Shown piece after piece: positions 11,500 through 25,092 of a stretch of DNA of 64,000 nt (positions are counted from its first letter, which is position 1; each line of letters begins with the position of its first letter). The notes beneath the pieces were generated by a model. The model worked only from the letters and a program-made list of their open reading frames with translations. It was not told the origin of the DNA and ran no database searches. The stretch comes from Chrysomallon squamiferum (taxonomy: Eukaryota > Animalia > Mollusca): the NCBI GenBank assembly GCA_012295275.1, contig CM022665.1:15624001-15688000 (forward strand), written 5' to 3'. Both the position numbers and the translations under genes were made by a program.

Positions 11500-11942
11500 A
11501 TTTCGTTTTGTGAGTACGTGGACTAAAAACTGTAAAGACATTTCGTGTATATAATGTACATAAAACCATTGCCATAGACATTCTTCTTTGTACATTTTCA
11601 TGGAGAGATATTGTGTGGAAAATCAGAACTTGGAACTGTTATCATGTTACTCTGAAATTTGTTTTAACTGTTTGTTTTGCTGTTTTCGTCACTGAGTCTT
11701 GATCCTGATTATTCAAGGATTATAGAATTCATTAACACTGGACATTGTGTTTCATAGTGCTTCATAATCATTGACTATTTATTTATATGCTGGACATGTT
11801 TAATTTTCTTCAGTGTCATTAAATTTCATTTTAATGCAGCTTGAATTAAAAAAAGAAGAAAAATATTGTTTTCTTTTACTTTTTTGCTATAATAGTTTTA
11901 TTGTTGACTATCAAAGTAACTGAAATGTTCAGTTGTAGGTGG

Positions 11943-11984
<42 letters not shown>

Positions 11985-13269
11985 ATGAACTAACAAGTTT
12001 ATTTTAAATTTATTATTAATTTTTCAATAAGAAATTTAATACAAAATAAATTTTAATCATAAAACAAAAAATGTTTTATTATATGGACTGGAAATAAATT
12101 TTAATAACCGCTTATAACGCAACCTGAAAATACATTGTAATTAGAACCGATCATGAGACTTAGGGTTCAGATTACTGACCTAACAGCTTGGCTATTGCCC
12201 CAGCCATAATAATACAACAACAACAAAAAAAAAGAAGATTATAATAAATAAATAAAACGTTTAATGTGTGGGGTCTTCTTATATAAAACAAAATTTCATG
12301 GTTTGAATTGAACGATAAAAACGGATTAAATAATTTAATGTTGCAGATATTGTAATTATGCCTCTCTACAATGAACTAATTTATTCACTTCTGTTTCTAT
12401 GTGCTGTCGACAAAATGTGCGATAACTCTTCTGAGACTAAAAACGTTTTAAAACGTTTTGTGTCCCTTGCATCACTTGTTTTTTTTTTTTTTTTTTTTTA
12501 ACCGACGTATAAAAACACATTTGATATCGGTGGGAGGGTAGTTGTTTTAACGGTGGAATAAGACTCCTTAACCAAAATTTTAAACTTGTAAAACTTAAAG
12601 TAACTTTTAAAACGACTCCCTTTTTGTTGGTTTATCAGTAGCTAGCATTAAATACTATTTTCTGTCCATGCAAGCGTAATTGTTTCTAATAAACTGCCGA
12701 TGGATTTGTCAAGAAACCCCTTTATGGCATGTCCCCTGTCGTTTAAACATTTCAGATTAACTCCCCAGAATGCAGGAAACGGCATCTACTGCATTCTAGG
12801 TTTTAAAAAATCTCCCAACCAACTCCGGCCCTGTGAGCCGTCAGTTACACACCCCTGTTATATATGTGTACACCAACCAATTTGTGTGCGTGCGCGTGTG
12901 CGTGCACGTGCGTGTGAATAAATAAGTAAATAAAGCAAAACCATGGATTCCCGAATCAGCATCTCTTTCCCAGATCCTAGTTTGATTTCGATAAATCCAT
13001 AACTAATATCTTACTATAAAAGTAACCTATTCATAGTACTACTAATTATAATAAAAATAAGAACACTGTAAACATGATTGCTTTTATTTTCACGAATATT
13101 AAAAAAGCATGTGGATGTACTGGGTTGTTTGTTTTGTTTTTTCTTTTGTTTTGGCAAAATGTACTCAACGACAAAAGTAAATTAAGATTTATTTGCATTT
13201 GATTTGTTTTTCTTTCTATTCATTTCTACATTAATTTTGTAGATTGTTTTGACTGTCGTATTAATTTGC

Positions 13270-13301
<32 letters not shown>

Positions 13302-13474
13302 TTTATGTAACTGTTTAGAAACCTATCATAATCAATAATAATACTATTAATGCTGATGGCAAAACAATACAGTGTATTAGGGGAAAAAGAAACAAAAAAA
13401 AAAAAAAAAACGAAGGGAAATAATCAACAATCGAATTTAGAAATTTTCTCCCTCGTCAAAGTTAAACAGCGATT

Positions 13475-13496
13475 ACTTCCGCATAAGTCACGTGAC
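13475..13496. promoter_or_regulatory. VPS13 promoter motifs: ETS site and palindromic CLEAR/E-box
   Basis: ACTTCCG at 13475-13481 and GTCACGTGAC at 13487-13496, about 80 bp upstream of a strong donor. Confidence 0.7.
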
Positions 13497-13504
13497 ACTA
13501 TCTG

Positions 13505-13574
13505 ATGGTGTCAACATAAATAATGTGTGATTCTGGAGTAGTGTGAATATCGTTCTCGGGCTTGAAAACAATTG
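13505..13574 (+). other. Probable non-coding first exon of the VPS13 gene (start approximate)
   Basis: Consensus donor TTG|gtaagt at 13575, just after the promoter motifs in the CpG-retaining zone. The ATG-bearing exon begins with an acceptor at 19016, so an upstream exon is required. Confidence 0.6.
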
Positions 13575-15490
13575 GTAAGTCGTCCTCTTTTACAGATTGC
13601 ATTTTCGACAGCTGTACATTTATAAAAACGTATTCATAATCTCACATGCAGTCGTCAGATGTTGCAAAATAAAATACGAAAGCTTTTAATACAGAAATTA
13701 TTGGTTCAAATCATTTTCTCTTTTACATTCCTTGATATAGAAAGCTGTTAACATACGTTGGTTTGAAACTTTCATCTTGCATTTTCTTTTTAAAATAAAA
13801 ATAACAAAATCTTTTAAAAAATGTATAATTTGTTTTTGCAAAGAATAATATAAAATAATCATAATAAATGTTTGCTGGTAACAACTTTGTCAGTATTCCG
13901 CTATTCGTCGTTCCTGCAAAGCATTTCAGGATTTGACATTCAACATCGATTATTTCCTGACATTCTTTGAATGAGCTGCTTGCGTGAAATCAATTGATCA
14001 AGCTATATACAAATGCCGTGGTGTTTCTTACCATATGTGACCAAATAATTAAGAACACAGTTTGTGCAAATGATCGGGACAATGTGGACACACATTAAAT
14101 GGATATGTTTCACTGAAACTGTTCGCATAGAGTCATTTACGACACCGAAACCATGGTAACATAAACTGTTGCATTATCAGTTGACTTGTTTTATTGAGTC
14201 TTGTTGTTCGTGCTGTTAGGCTGAAGGTGTAGTAATTATGAAATAAACTGAATCTATCTGTGTCTGTCTTCATAGACAAACACACCCATGCAATTTTTGA
14301 TATTTTTTAAAAAAAGTGTCATTTTTTTTTTCCTGTTTGTATTTTGTTATTGTTTGCATTTATGTTTTTAATTACATTTAAAAAACCCATTAATAAAATA
14401 TAAAACATTGATAATAAATAAATAAGAACAAAATAAGAAACAAACAAAAAAAACAAAAAAAAACCCATTAATAATAAAATATAAGTAATTTGTAAATTTT
14501 TATTTAAATAGTGAAATAAAGTTATCCTTTACCCTATTCATTTGTAACAGTTTAATTTATTATTATTATTATTATTTTTTTAAATTCCATATTTACTGAT
14601 CTGTTAACAGTAGCAGTTACATTTACAAAATGATCTGTGAAATCATTAAAGAAATAACATGACAAACTACATTATTAAATTTCGTAATGAAATGTGTATA
14701 TTTGTTAAAATTGATTAATATGTCAGTTTGTGCTGTTGAATTAATGTAAAATTCAGCGTACAATTTGAACTGATTCTTTATTTATTACAGTCCTAGACTA
14801 TTAATAAAGTAACACAGTAAAATGAGTCTGGTGACTGGAAATGTATATTTGACAAATTTTCATACACTGAAATGTAAAGTATTTTAAATAGACTGAGGAG
14901 CGGTGACTCTGTAACTTATTTACTCAGTTTTTAACTTTTTATTTGTTATTATTATTCTTTTTAAAAGATGTTTATAATAATAGTTATAAGATGTATCATG
15001 TGATTCTGTAAATATTAACATTAAAGAATAAATCAAGGTCTGTTCTTATGGATTAGCTGCAAGAGATCTATTGATAATTATTTTCTGAGAGACAAGAAAG
15101 CATACCATTTCATTTGATAAATCTCTATAAATAGACAGACAGATAGATATAAAAAAGTTTATATCATTTTTGAGTGAAATTCAAAGATAATATTTAGAAA
15201 TTTGTCCATTGATTTATTCAACCACAAATATGCCGTTTTGTTCTACTACTTTTCTCCATCTTCTCAGATCTTGGCATCTTTCTGGTCAATGAACTGGTGA
15301 AAATGCTATGACATTATGTTACATCCTAATATGTATATATGTATGTATGTATGTACATATGTATATATATTTATGTACACACTCACATGCATACACACGA
15401 ATAGAATATTATACAAACTAGTTATATGGCATTACCAAGGATTGAGCTTACAACCTGTCATACTGTCACATAATAATACTTCATCTAGTT

Positions 15491-15782
15491 CACGCATGGG
15501 CAACCTTTTTTTGAGAAGCGAGCCACATGAGATATGGCTGTTCCTCAGGAGGGCTGATGTACTAATATAGGTGTTTTGGGGTTTTTACGTAGAGTTTATT
15601 TTAAGAAATTTTTCATTTTCATTTACTTCAGGAACTGTTATAATAAAAGAATTACATGTGTTTTAGTATATTAGTAGATACAAAATAGACTCATTTCATA
15701 AAATTTGAATTAATGTTATTTTCCTTGTGAAATTAGGCGGAGCACTCAGAAAGCCACACAGGCCTCAGTTTGCCCATGTCTG
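15491..15782. mobile_element. hAT (Charlie-like) MITE
   Basis: TIRs cacgcatgggcaacc and gtttgcccatgtctg; 8-bp TSD atctagtt / atctagtg, fitting the Charlie nTCTAGAn preference. Confidence 0.8.
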
Positions 15783-16339
15783 ATCTAGTGTGTATTAGAG
15801 AAAAACAGAATGAAATCATTTTCTGTTATTATTATTATTTTCTCCCATCCCATAGTAATTTTATCTGTGTATTGATTTTATGAAATTATACTTTTTCTAT
15901 TGTTGTATTGATGAGATAAAAAACTTTATTTAACACAGCCTGATTCTCATAGATAGTGTTATTAATTTTAATAATATCTATTGGGAAAGTAGCCTTTGAA
16001 AACAGATTATATGAAATTTATATACTTTTTTATATTAAGTTATATATTATTATTTACATAGGTATTGTGATTTTTTTATATTTATATAACACATATGTGT
16101 ATCTATGTATGTATGTATGTATCTATACACATATACACATGAACAAATATGCATTTAAATGTATAAAATATAAATTCTTAAAACCAGTAATTTGTACAAG
16201 AACCACCACATGATTCTGAATTATTTATTTTTACTTTTTTACTTTTTTACAAGAGCTTTTTTCAGACCATTCATTTGTATTCCCACAGTTATACTTTAAA
16301 ATAAATTCAGAAATCTACATGAAAATAAAAACAAAGACA

Positions 16340-16450
16340 AAAAAAAAAAAAGATTAGATGAAATACACAATAGTATTTTAATAGAATACTTTCTTAAGGC
16401 TTTATCTAAAACCCTGAATGTTGATACCTCAAATAATTAATATGGAACAT
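16340..16450 (+). repeat. Intronic ~110-bp duplicated segment; second copy at ~18128-18245
   Basis: Both copies share poly(A)...acacaa.agta.t.t.ataga.ta.tttcttaaggctt.atctaaa.ccctga.tgtt.ata...aaataattaatatgga.cat. Confidence 0.75.
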
Positions 16451-19048
16451 ATAATTAAACATGCACATATGTGAAAAACATATACTTACATTTTGAATAG
16501 CAAGTTCATTTATTCAGCTAGATTTAATATGTTCCTAAAGATTAAAAAAAACAAAAAACAAACACCACCAAAAAACCAACTAAACTATATATATATATGT
16601 ATACGTATTAATATGAATTTACATACTAGTGTTGATGTTGCTATCAAACACAGATATGTGATATAATATCTGTATTGCATAAACAGATGTAAATTAACAT
16701 ACTGATAAACTGATTCAATGAATATTTATATATTACTGTGCGGCATGGTATCATAGTTAATTTGTGACTATTTGATATCAGTATAGCTATTAACAGATTC
16801 TAGATGAATTAAAACGTAAATGTAATCAGGTAGGCTTAACATTGTATTTCTTTGGATGTAACAGAGACACTGGTTTTGTATGGGATTGTGTAATATTCAA
16901 GACTGTTTGTTGTGGGTAAGAAGTAAAGATATCAATATTATGGTATGCAGTTAACACATGCTGTTCATGGGCAGTGAAATCAGATTGAGACTGAGTAAAG
17001 TTAATACATGGGCAAATGGTATAGACATCAATATTACGAGGTTGAGATTTTGTATATTTAATGACCCTGGGTTCATAAATCAGGTTAATTAATATTCATG
17101 CATGCTTTCATGGGTCAATAATGACTACTGATGCAATATTAATGCATGCCTTCCATGGACAAAGATTTCAGATATCAGTTTGTGTGATATTCATGCATTA
17201 TTTTCTTGGCAGAGAAATGCATGTATTCAGACAATTGAATTAAATGTTTAAAGGCCACTGAACATCAGATGTGATTTTTGCAGTGAATTTTGCAACTACT
17301 TTCGTTGGGATATAGAGAAGAGACATTCAGTAGAGACATGCAGACTAAACAGGATTTAAGCAAAATTTTGGGGAAATTGAAACTGATCCTGTTTTTGTGT
17401 TATCACTGGTGAAATCATATGCTATATAGAGAATCGGATGTCATATCAGGTTATTTCTTTTGAACAGGATGTTGTATTGCACAATGTTTAGCAAAAAAGA
17501 CATTATTATTTATGTGCAACACCATGAAATGCTAGACAACAAACCCTATCATCCTAAAATCATTATGAAACTACTGAATGTATGATAATTGTATTATATT
17601 TCTGATGACCACTATTTTATAAATGTTAATACAGCATACCATCACCAAAATGTATTAATGTATTTGTTTTGTTGATGTCAGAACTTCAGGTACTACACAT
17701 AACTTTGTCAGAGTTTGAATATGTATTCTTGAAATTGCACTGATAAATGCAACGAAAATCACATTGAATGTGCAAATGTTGACAGACAGACAACACAGCA
17801 AAGAAACACTCACATCTGGTGTGAGACAGCTGTAATACTGTAATAATGTATTAACAGAATTATGTATTAAGGGGTTTTTAAATGATGTGTGTGTGTTTGT
17901 CCTGTGACAGTAATCTGTAGATATTTTTATCAATGAGCTAAGTAAATGTCTCTGTGTGTATGTATATATGTACTAATATATGTATCGATGATTGTTGTAG
18001 GTAGATATGTGTGTGTATATACATGTGTGCATGTGTGTGTGTGTGTGTATGCATTTTTATACGTGTAAATCTATTACATAGAAGTTAATATACTGGGTTC
18101 CTACTGTAGCATTCAAAATTACATGATTAAAAAAAAAAAAAAAAAAATCAGATAAATTACACAACAGTACTGTGATAGATTATTTTCTTAAGGCTTCATC
18201 TAAAGCCCTGACTGTTAATATGTGAAATAATTAATATGGAGCATCACATACGAGCAGTAATTTCCAGGAGTATTGACTGTTATTGATGTTTACTTGAAGG
18301 TTATGCAGAGCATCAATCTAGTTTACAAATAAGTGTGAATTCATTTACAGCAACAATATATGCAAAGAGATAGACATATTAGGTATGTGGATGCTTTGTG
18401 TGTATGTGTGTGCATGTGTGTGCATGCATGCATATGTATGCATGTTTATGTGTACACATATGTATAAGTAGGTGTACATGCATGCATGTACTAGTGCTAT
18501 GAATACTGCCATATACTACCATTACTATCAGTGTTACTACTGCTATTGCTTCTACAAGTACTAATATTACTTCTGTTTCTACAAGTTCTGTTACTGCTAT
18601 AGTTATTAATTTTATTAATTTTTAATTACTTAACATAATTATTATTTATTGCCACAGTTATAATTTTTATTACTATTCAAGTACTGTTATATTCATCATA
18701 ATTGTTTTCATTATTTTATTTGTTTTACTACAGCTACTTCTGTTTTGATATTATTTATTATTAATTATTATTATTAAAATTATTATTATTTATTATTTTT
18801 CATTATTATTACTACTATTGTATTTTTATTGTAATTTTTTTTTTTTTTTTATTATATTACTAATACTATTTTTTATATTTTTCATTATTATTATTTAGTA
18901 TCATTATTATCATAATCATCTTCATTATTATTAAATTTGATGTTGTTTGTTGTTGTTGTTGTCTTTGTTGTCTGTTGTTGTTTATATTATTGTTATTATT
19001 ATTATTATGTTTTCAGGTAGCTGGGATGAACTGGTATAAACAGTGAAG

Positions 19049-19142
19049 ATGTTTGAGAAGTTGGTAACCAGTGTAATTAACAGTTACTTTGGAAAGTACA
19101 TTCAGAATCTAGACTCCAGCAATCTTGACATTAGCTTGTTAG
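19049..19142 (+). CDS. VPS13: VPS13A/C-like coding exon 1 (Chorein_N start)
   Basis: MFEKLVTSVINSYFGKYIQNLDSSNLDISLLG; exon acceptor tttcag ends at 19016; donor G|gtcagt, phase 1. Confidence 0.92.
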
Positions 19143-19400
19143 GTCAGTATGTTAGAAAACCCCCATAAAAACATTTTAAATGGCAAAAGCTTAAGTTCTG
19201 GAAGATCATGCCCTAGTTAGCAAAACTGAAAGTGAAAAGATTTTAAATTAGCAAAGTTTTGGCTAGCTTGGTGTGTTCGAGAATGTGTATTCCAAAATCT
19301 TAAAATGAAAGTTAAATTATTTACCTAAATCTAAACTTAAGTTGTTTTTGTTAGAGGAAATATATTCCAAAATCTAGAGAGAAAAATTAATATTGTCATG

Positions 19401-19477
<77 letters not shown>

Positions 19478-19619
19478 CATCATCATCATCATCACTGGCA
19501 TTATCATCACTGTAATTGTCATCATCATCACCATTAACATTATCATTGTCATTCACATTACCATCATTATCATTATAACTTCAGATTTATACTGAAATAC
19601 AATTTCTCTTCGTCTCTAG

Positions 19620-19663
19620 GAAATGCTGAGCTTACAGAATTGCAGCTTCGACCTGAAGCCTTG
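19620..19663 (+). CDS. VPS13: VPS13A/C-like coding exon 2
   Basis: 44 nt, (G)NAELTELQLRPEAL; ctctag acceptor, gtaagt donor. Confidence 0.92.
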
Positions 19664-19811
19664 GTAAGTATTTTATGTATATATAAAATGTTTTTGTTGT
19701 TGAATAAAACTACCATACCACTCAATGTTTAATTTTGCATCTTCAGCTTCTTGATAATAAACATTTTGGTCTTTTAGACACTACCAAGAGCATCCAAATT
19801 AATTTTCCACC

Positions 19812-20045
19812 ATCAGTTACATGTTGATATGATTTTCAGTAATTCTAACATCACAAAATCATGCTAATTAATTAATTATCAGCTACATGTTGATATGATT
19901 TTCAGTAATTCTAACATCACAAAATCATGCTAATTAATTAATTATCAACTACATGTTGATATGATTTTCAGTAATTCTAACATCACAGGAACAAGCTAAT
20001 TAATTACCAGCTATTGGATGATATCATTTTGTGTAATTTTAACAC
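19812..20045. repeat. 66-bp tandem repeat, three near-identical units plus a diverged fourth, within a SINE-like fragment
   Basis: Unit atcagctacatgttgatatgattttcagtaattctaacatcacaaaatcatgctaattaattaatt starts at 19812, 19878 and 19944. Confidence 0.9.
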
Positions 20046-21561
20046 TATGAGACTACAATGGGTAATTTCAATGGCTCTTGGAAATATCTGATATTATTGG
20101 AGCACACTGATTGTTTTTCTCTTGTTAACTACTGGATGTAAACAGTTTTACAATTTCAGTTGAACTGTCTAGCACTGTTCTGTTGTAGCAAGGAATCAGA
20201 TATAACATTTTAATTTAAAACTGATGAAATTACAATACAGAAAAAAAAGAAGAGGAATAATAACAGCAACAGCAGCAAGAACAATAACAGCAGAAACATC
20301 AACAACAATAATATAACAATTAATAACAGTCACAACAGAAATAGCATTAATAACTAATAATAGCATCAATAGCAACAACAATAATAACAAAAATAGCAAT
20401 AATAACAATAATAACAAAAATAGCAATAATAACAATAACAACAACAGTAACAAAAGCAACTACAACAATAGCAACAACACCAACAGCAGTAACATAAGCA
20501 ACAACAATCACAATAGCTCACAACAAAGCAACAACAATAACAACAGAAATAGCATCAATAAAAATAACAACAACAACAGCAGCAACAACAACATTAACAA
20601 TAAAAATAACAATAACTGCAACTTCAGCTACAACTTTAACAACTGCAGCATCATCAACAGCAACAATAAAAGTCATCCAGATCATATTGATTTATTCTTG
20701 TTGTTGACTTGAAGTGTTTCAGTTTTATTATGTGGCAGAAAAGAACATGGCTGCAGTTATTCAGGGTTGTTATTTTTTTTTCTTCTGTAACTTGTAGACA
20801 TTTTCTTCTTTCTTTTTTAAGTTCTCTAGATCATCTGTCTTGTAATAAAGAACAACCTGAATAAGACATTGTATCTCTTGCAAAGTAAAAATTAAATGGT
20901 TCACTGAACTGGAATGACATATATATATATATATATAGTCAGCATATTTAGAAAAAAAACAACCCCAAAAACTATATAGCCACCATCCCACCCACCCACC
21001 CCAAAAAAAAAAAACCACCACAAAAAAACTGTAGAAATGTTTGAGCAGGGTGTTCATCAGTGATTAGGTCACATAACTCAGGAGTGACAATCTGGGTCAA
21101 TTTTCCACAGTCTTTCCTTTACATTATATCCTGTTCCATATGTAAGGCTAACAACAGTTTTATATTTCAGACCCTTTTCAGCGTTTTTATCAGCTATTCT
21201 TATAATAATTAACTACAAGACATTTATATATGCATTAACAAGAACAAAATAAATATTATATAACAATAATAATAATTTGTTAAGTCAAAAACGACCCTCA
21301 GCTGGTATCTTAGTAGTTCAAGTTATTAATGACTGTAATGTTTTTAATTTATTACAATACTGACTTTAAAGATATAACTTCATCAAAATTGTACTCTGTA
21401 GGGTAACAGTTTATTACTTATTAACTGAGAAATTATTTGAGATGTTCTAACTAGTAGGACTGATCCCTTTCCAGTCTGTGATTATTGCATCTTTAACTGT
21501 TAATTTCAACTAAAAGATTATTTTGAGTGCACTGACATTTTTACTTCCGATTTCATTTCAG

Positions 21562-21604
21562 GCTCAGCTGGATTTACCCATTGAGGTGAAGGCTGGATTC
21601 ATTG
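21562..21604 (+). CDS. VPS13: VPS13A/C-like coding exon 3
   Basis: 43 nt, AQLDLPIEVKAGFIG; tttcag acceptor, gtaagt donor. Confidence 0.93.
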
Positions 21605-22096
21605 GTAAGTAACAAAAAAAAAAAAAAATGGAATGAAAGAATAAATGATTGGAGGAAAAGACTGACAAAAGAAAAAAGAAAAATTACAATAGTTAAAGTA
21701 CATACATAACAAACTAATAAGTGCTGATTTGTCAGAAATGATGTTAGATTATATAGGTAGAAAAAATGTACATATAAATGAAAGATGGAAATTAAATTAG
21801 ATAATTACATGTCTGGATGATTGATTGGTTGATAGGTGGATAGATAGATAGGATGAATGATGGTTGTGTGGATTAATAGGCTGATTGATGGATGCATTCT
21901 AACACAGGATGAAATTATTGACATTAGAAAAAGGATAATGACACTCTAAAGCATGCTGAAAACATCTAATTGTGAAATGTGCACTAAACTGTCAGGAAAG
22001 CAAAATAGATTGCAAAATAGATGGATATAGAGATTGACAGCTTAGAAATGATACATCGTAATTTACATAATTAAGTAATTACACTTATATACCTAT

Positions 22097-22130
<34 letters not shown>

Positions 22131-23819
22131 TCACAAAGGCAATTTTTAAATATATTTTATCAGTGATGCAGTGTCTGCAAAACTGAAAGTTCTGTACAAT
22201 AACAACATTTTGTTGTGTTGCTGATGATACAAAAAATATATTATGTCAGATTAACATGAAAACAAAGTCGCAAAATGGCAGAATTTTTCACCAAGGTGTG
22301 TGTGGGTGTTTGACAGTAATCATAATGTTTCACCTAGGTAAGATAATGGTCTTCAGTTCTTGCATAATCATGCTGGATGGCTCTGAGATCAATAACAACA
22401 TAGGCAACCTTCACAGTACAAAACTCTATTGATTTTATTATGGTTAGTCACTGGTGTTCTGTTGAGTTTTTGAAGAGAAGCCGGTTTCCAAGATTACCAC
22501 TTGTTTGATACTGACTTGAAGTACTCTGGGAATACATTCTGTTGCATGTGGCCTTCTTTCATTTATTTATTTATTTTTATTTTTATTTTTATTTTTTAAT
22601 TTATACAAGATAACAGTATAAAAATGATTTTATGTGTGTTTGTGTGTACATATATACATACATACACATACACACATGCACACACACACATTGTCAGATT
22701 TTGTTATTAATAATAATATTAAAAACAATAAATTAATAACTTGGAAATAAAAAGAATTTTTTTTTCAGATATATTTATTTGTATTACCAAAGATATCCAT
22801 TAAGTCAAATAATCTTTAGTGTTAATTTAGAAACAAAATAATGTGCAGCTAAAGTTTTTGATGAATAAACCACATAACAAAATATTTCATTTTGACAGCT
22901 TCAGCTTTAAAAACAGTCTTAAACCAAATAGTTAATTAAATGAAGTCAGTATGTATTTTACATGTGAAAATTTAATCAACTTAATTAATCCATCTTATTA
23001 AACAAAGGATTTAGTGGAACAAACTTAATTGTTTTGAAAATGTAGTGTTCTTGATTAAACTGCAGATTGATTTACAATGAAATCTTTATTCAGATAATCC
23101 CTACTCAGTTATTTTGAATGAGAGATTTAGTCAAATGAACATTACTGATATATTTATGACTAGATTTTTCTCGATTTAATCAGGGAATTAACAATGGCTT
23201 ATTCATGAGAACGGACTGATTTGAATAAACACAGCTGTCATGAAATGAAACAGAATTCTGAGTATTTTTGATTTTATTTTCAAAGCATGTAGAAATATTT
23301 ATTTATTTATTTGCACTGACTTTATATGGCAACTGCTGTAATTTGAATTATTTATTTCCTTTCCTACTCAAACTGAAGGAAGGAAGATTTGTATGAAATA
23401 TGGTATACCACCAACGCCTTTCTTCTCTGATCAGCTTATTTGCTGATATTGATCGGAGAGACGAAATGGTTTGTTCCTGTTTGCATTACAGCCATAGCAG
23501 CCATTTGGTCATCACACAGATTCCTGTATCATGTTTCAGACATACAGTCTACTTAATCTGACTTGTGCATGTTGCTATTTGTTGTTTGTTTTTTGGACCT
23601 CTTAATTAATTTGAAAAGGATGGCAGGGGGGGTGAGGGAGAGATGCAGAGAAAGAAACAGAGAGAAAAAGAAAAGAATGAGACAAAGACAGAAACTTATA
23701 AAGAAAGAGAGACAGACACATACAGAGAGAAAGGGAAACAGAAAGGCAGTGACAGACAGAGTAAAAGAGTGTGAAAGAGAGAAAGAAAGAATGAGAGGGA
23801 AACAAAAACTTACAGAGAG

Positions 23820-23866
<47 letters not shown>

Positions 23867-25092
23867 GAGACAGAAAAATTCAAAGAAAGACACAAAAGAG
23901 AAAGAAATAGGAGTAGATAGGTTAAGAGATGGAATGAAAAAGAAAAAGGAGATTTTTTGAAACTAAGAAAAAGAAAACATTTGAGAAAAGAAGAGAAAGA
24001 AAGAAAAAAGAAAATAATAATTTGAAAACAAATTTCTAGTTTTGTTTTCATGATGAATTTAACAGAAAGGATTTGTTTCTGTGTTTCTTTATGATTGAAG
24101 TTGTTTATTATTTATTTATCACTTGCCAACAAGACAAATCATTTCTTTTATGGCCTAGAAGTCATAAAACATTGATGAATTAATTTGTTCATTCATTCAG
24201 TATATTGTTTCTTCCCCATGTGTGTGTGTGTGTGAATGGGTGTGTGTGCGTATATATATATACTTTCATTTATTTATTTATGAAATGCTAAAAATAAACA
24301 GGATAGCATATACCACAGCCTTTGGATTTGTAAAACTTTATTTTGAAATTATTTGTAAAATTTCAGTTTAGACTTGATAATATGATCAATTACAGTGACT
24401 GGTACAAAAAGTTGCTATGTATGATCATAGAAAAATGCTTTAGAAAGAAATGTGGTTATTTTTAGCAACTTTTTATTTTCTGCTTTTTCTGTTAATTTTA
24501 ATACCACCATATAGTTTACTAAAAACTGAATTTAATACATCAAGTTGCTAAATTTGTGATAGAATGTACTGAATATATAAAAATAATCTTATAATTATAT
24601 GCTAAAATATTCAGTTCTCAAAGCCACCTGTCAGCATTCAAATGTAACCACTGAATTTTGTGTCATTCAAGCTTAAATTTTGAATAGTCCACATAACTAA
24701 ACCTCTGTTTTTTCTACCTGTTTATATCTTCCTGAAACTATCTTTTTCTCTTACCTCTTTCTCTCTCTATTTCTCTGTCTCATTATGAACAGACAGCTGG
24801 ATTTTCTTCTGATAATGCTAAAAATATACTTTAAAGCAATAATGTCACAATGGGGATAAATATGGTATAAATATTTTTTGTTCCTCTTTTGTTGTCATTC
24901 TTTATTATTAATTAAGACTGGACAAACTAACAACAACCAAAAAAAAAAATAGTAATAATAAATAATAATAATAAAAAATATAATAATAATAATAAATTCA
25001 AAAAAAAAAAAAAAGAAAAAAAAAAAAAGAATAAATAAAATGTAACTTAGAAGTGTGCAAAGTATATTTTGTTTTATTACCATCTTTTTCAG

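Noticed and set aside
11124-11601. Hydrophobic antisense ORFs of 120 and 142 aa over H1
   Set aside because: Complement of Lys-rich codons gives F/L-rich artefacts.
11500-11620. Histone 3' stem-loop
   Set aside because: No GGCYCTTTTNAGRGCC-like hairpin is present.
22330-22343. cacctag|gtaaga as a recursive splice site
   Set aside because: Weak pyrimidine tract in an intron of only 3.5 kb; likely chance.
23563-24051. R/E/K-rich and S/L/F-rich ORFs
   Set aside because: Translations of GA-rich low-complexity sequence; the same applies to 29434-29704 and the (ATT)n/(AAC)n ORFs at 19337-20459, 35249, 56526 and 57517-59361.
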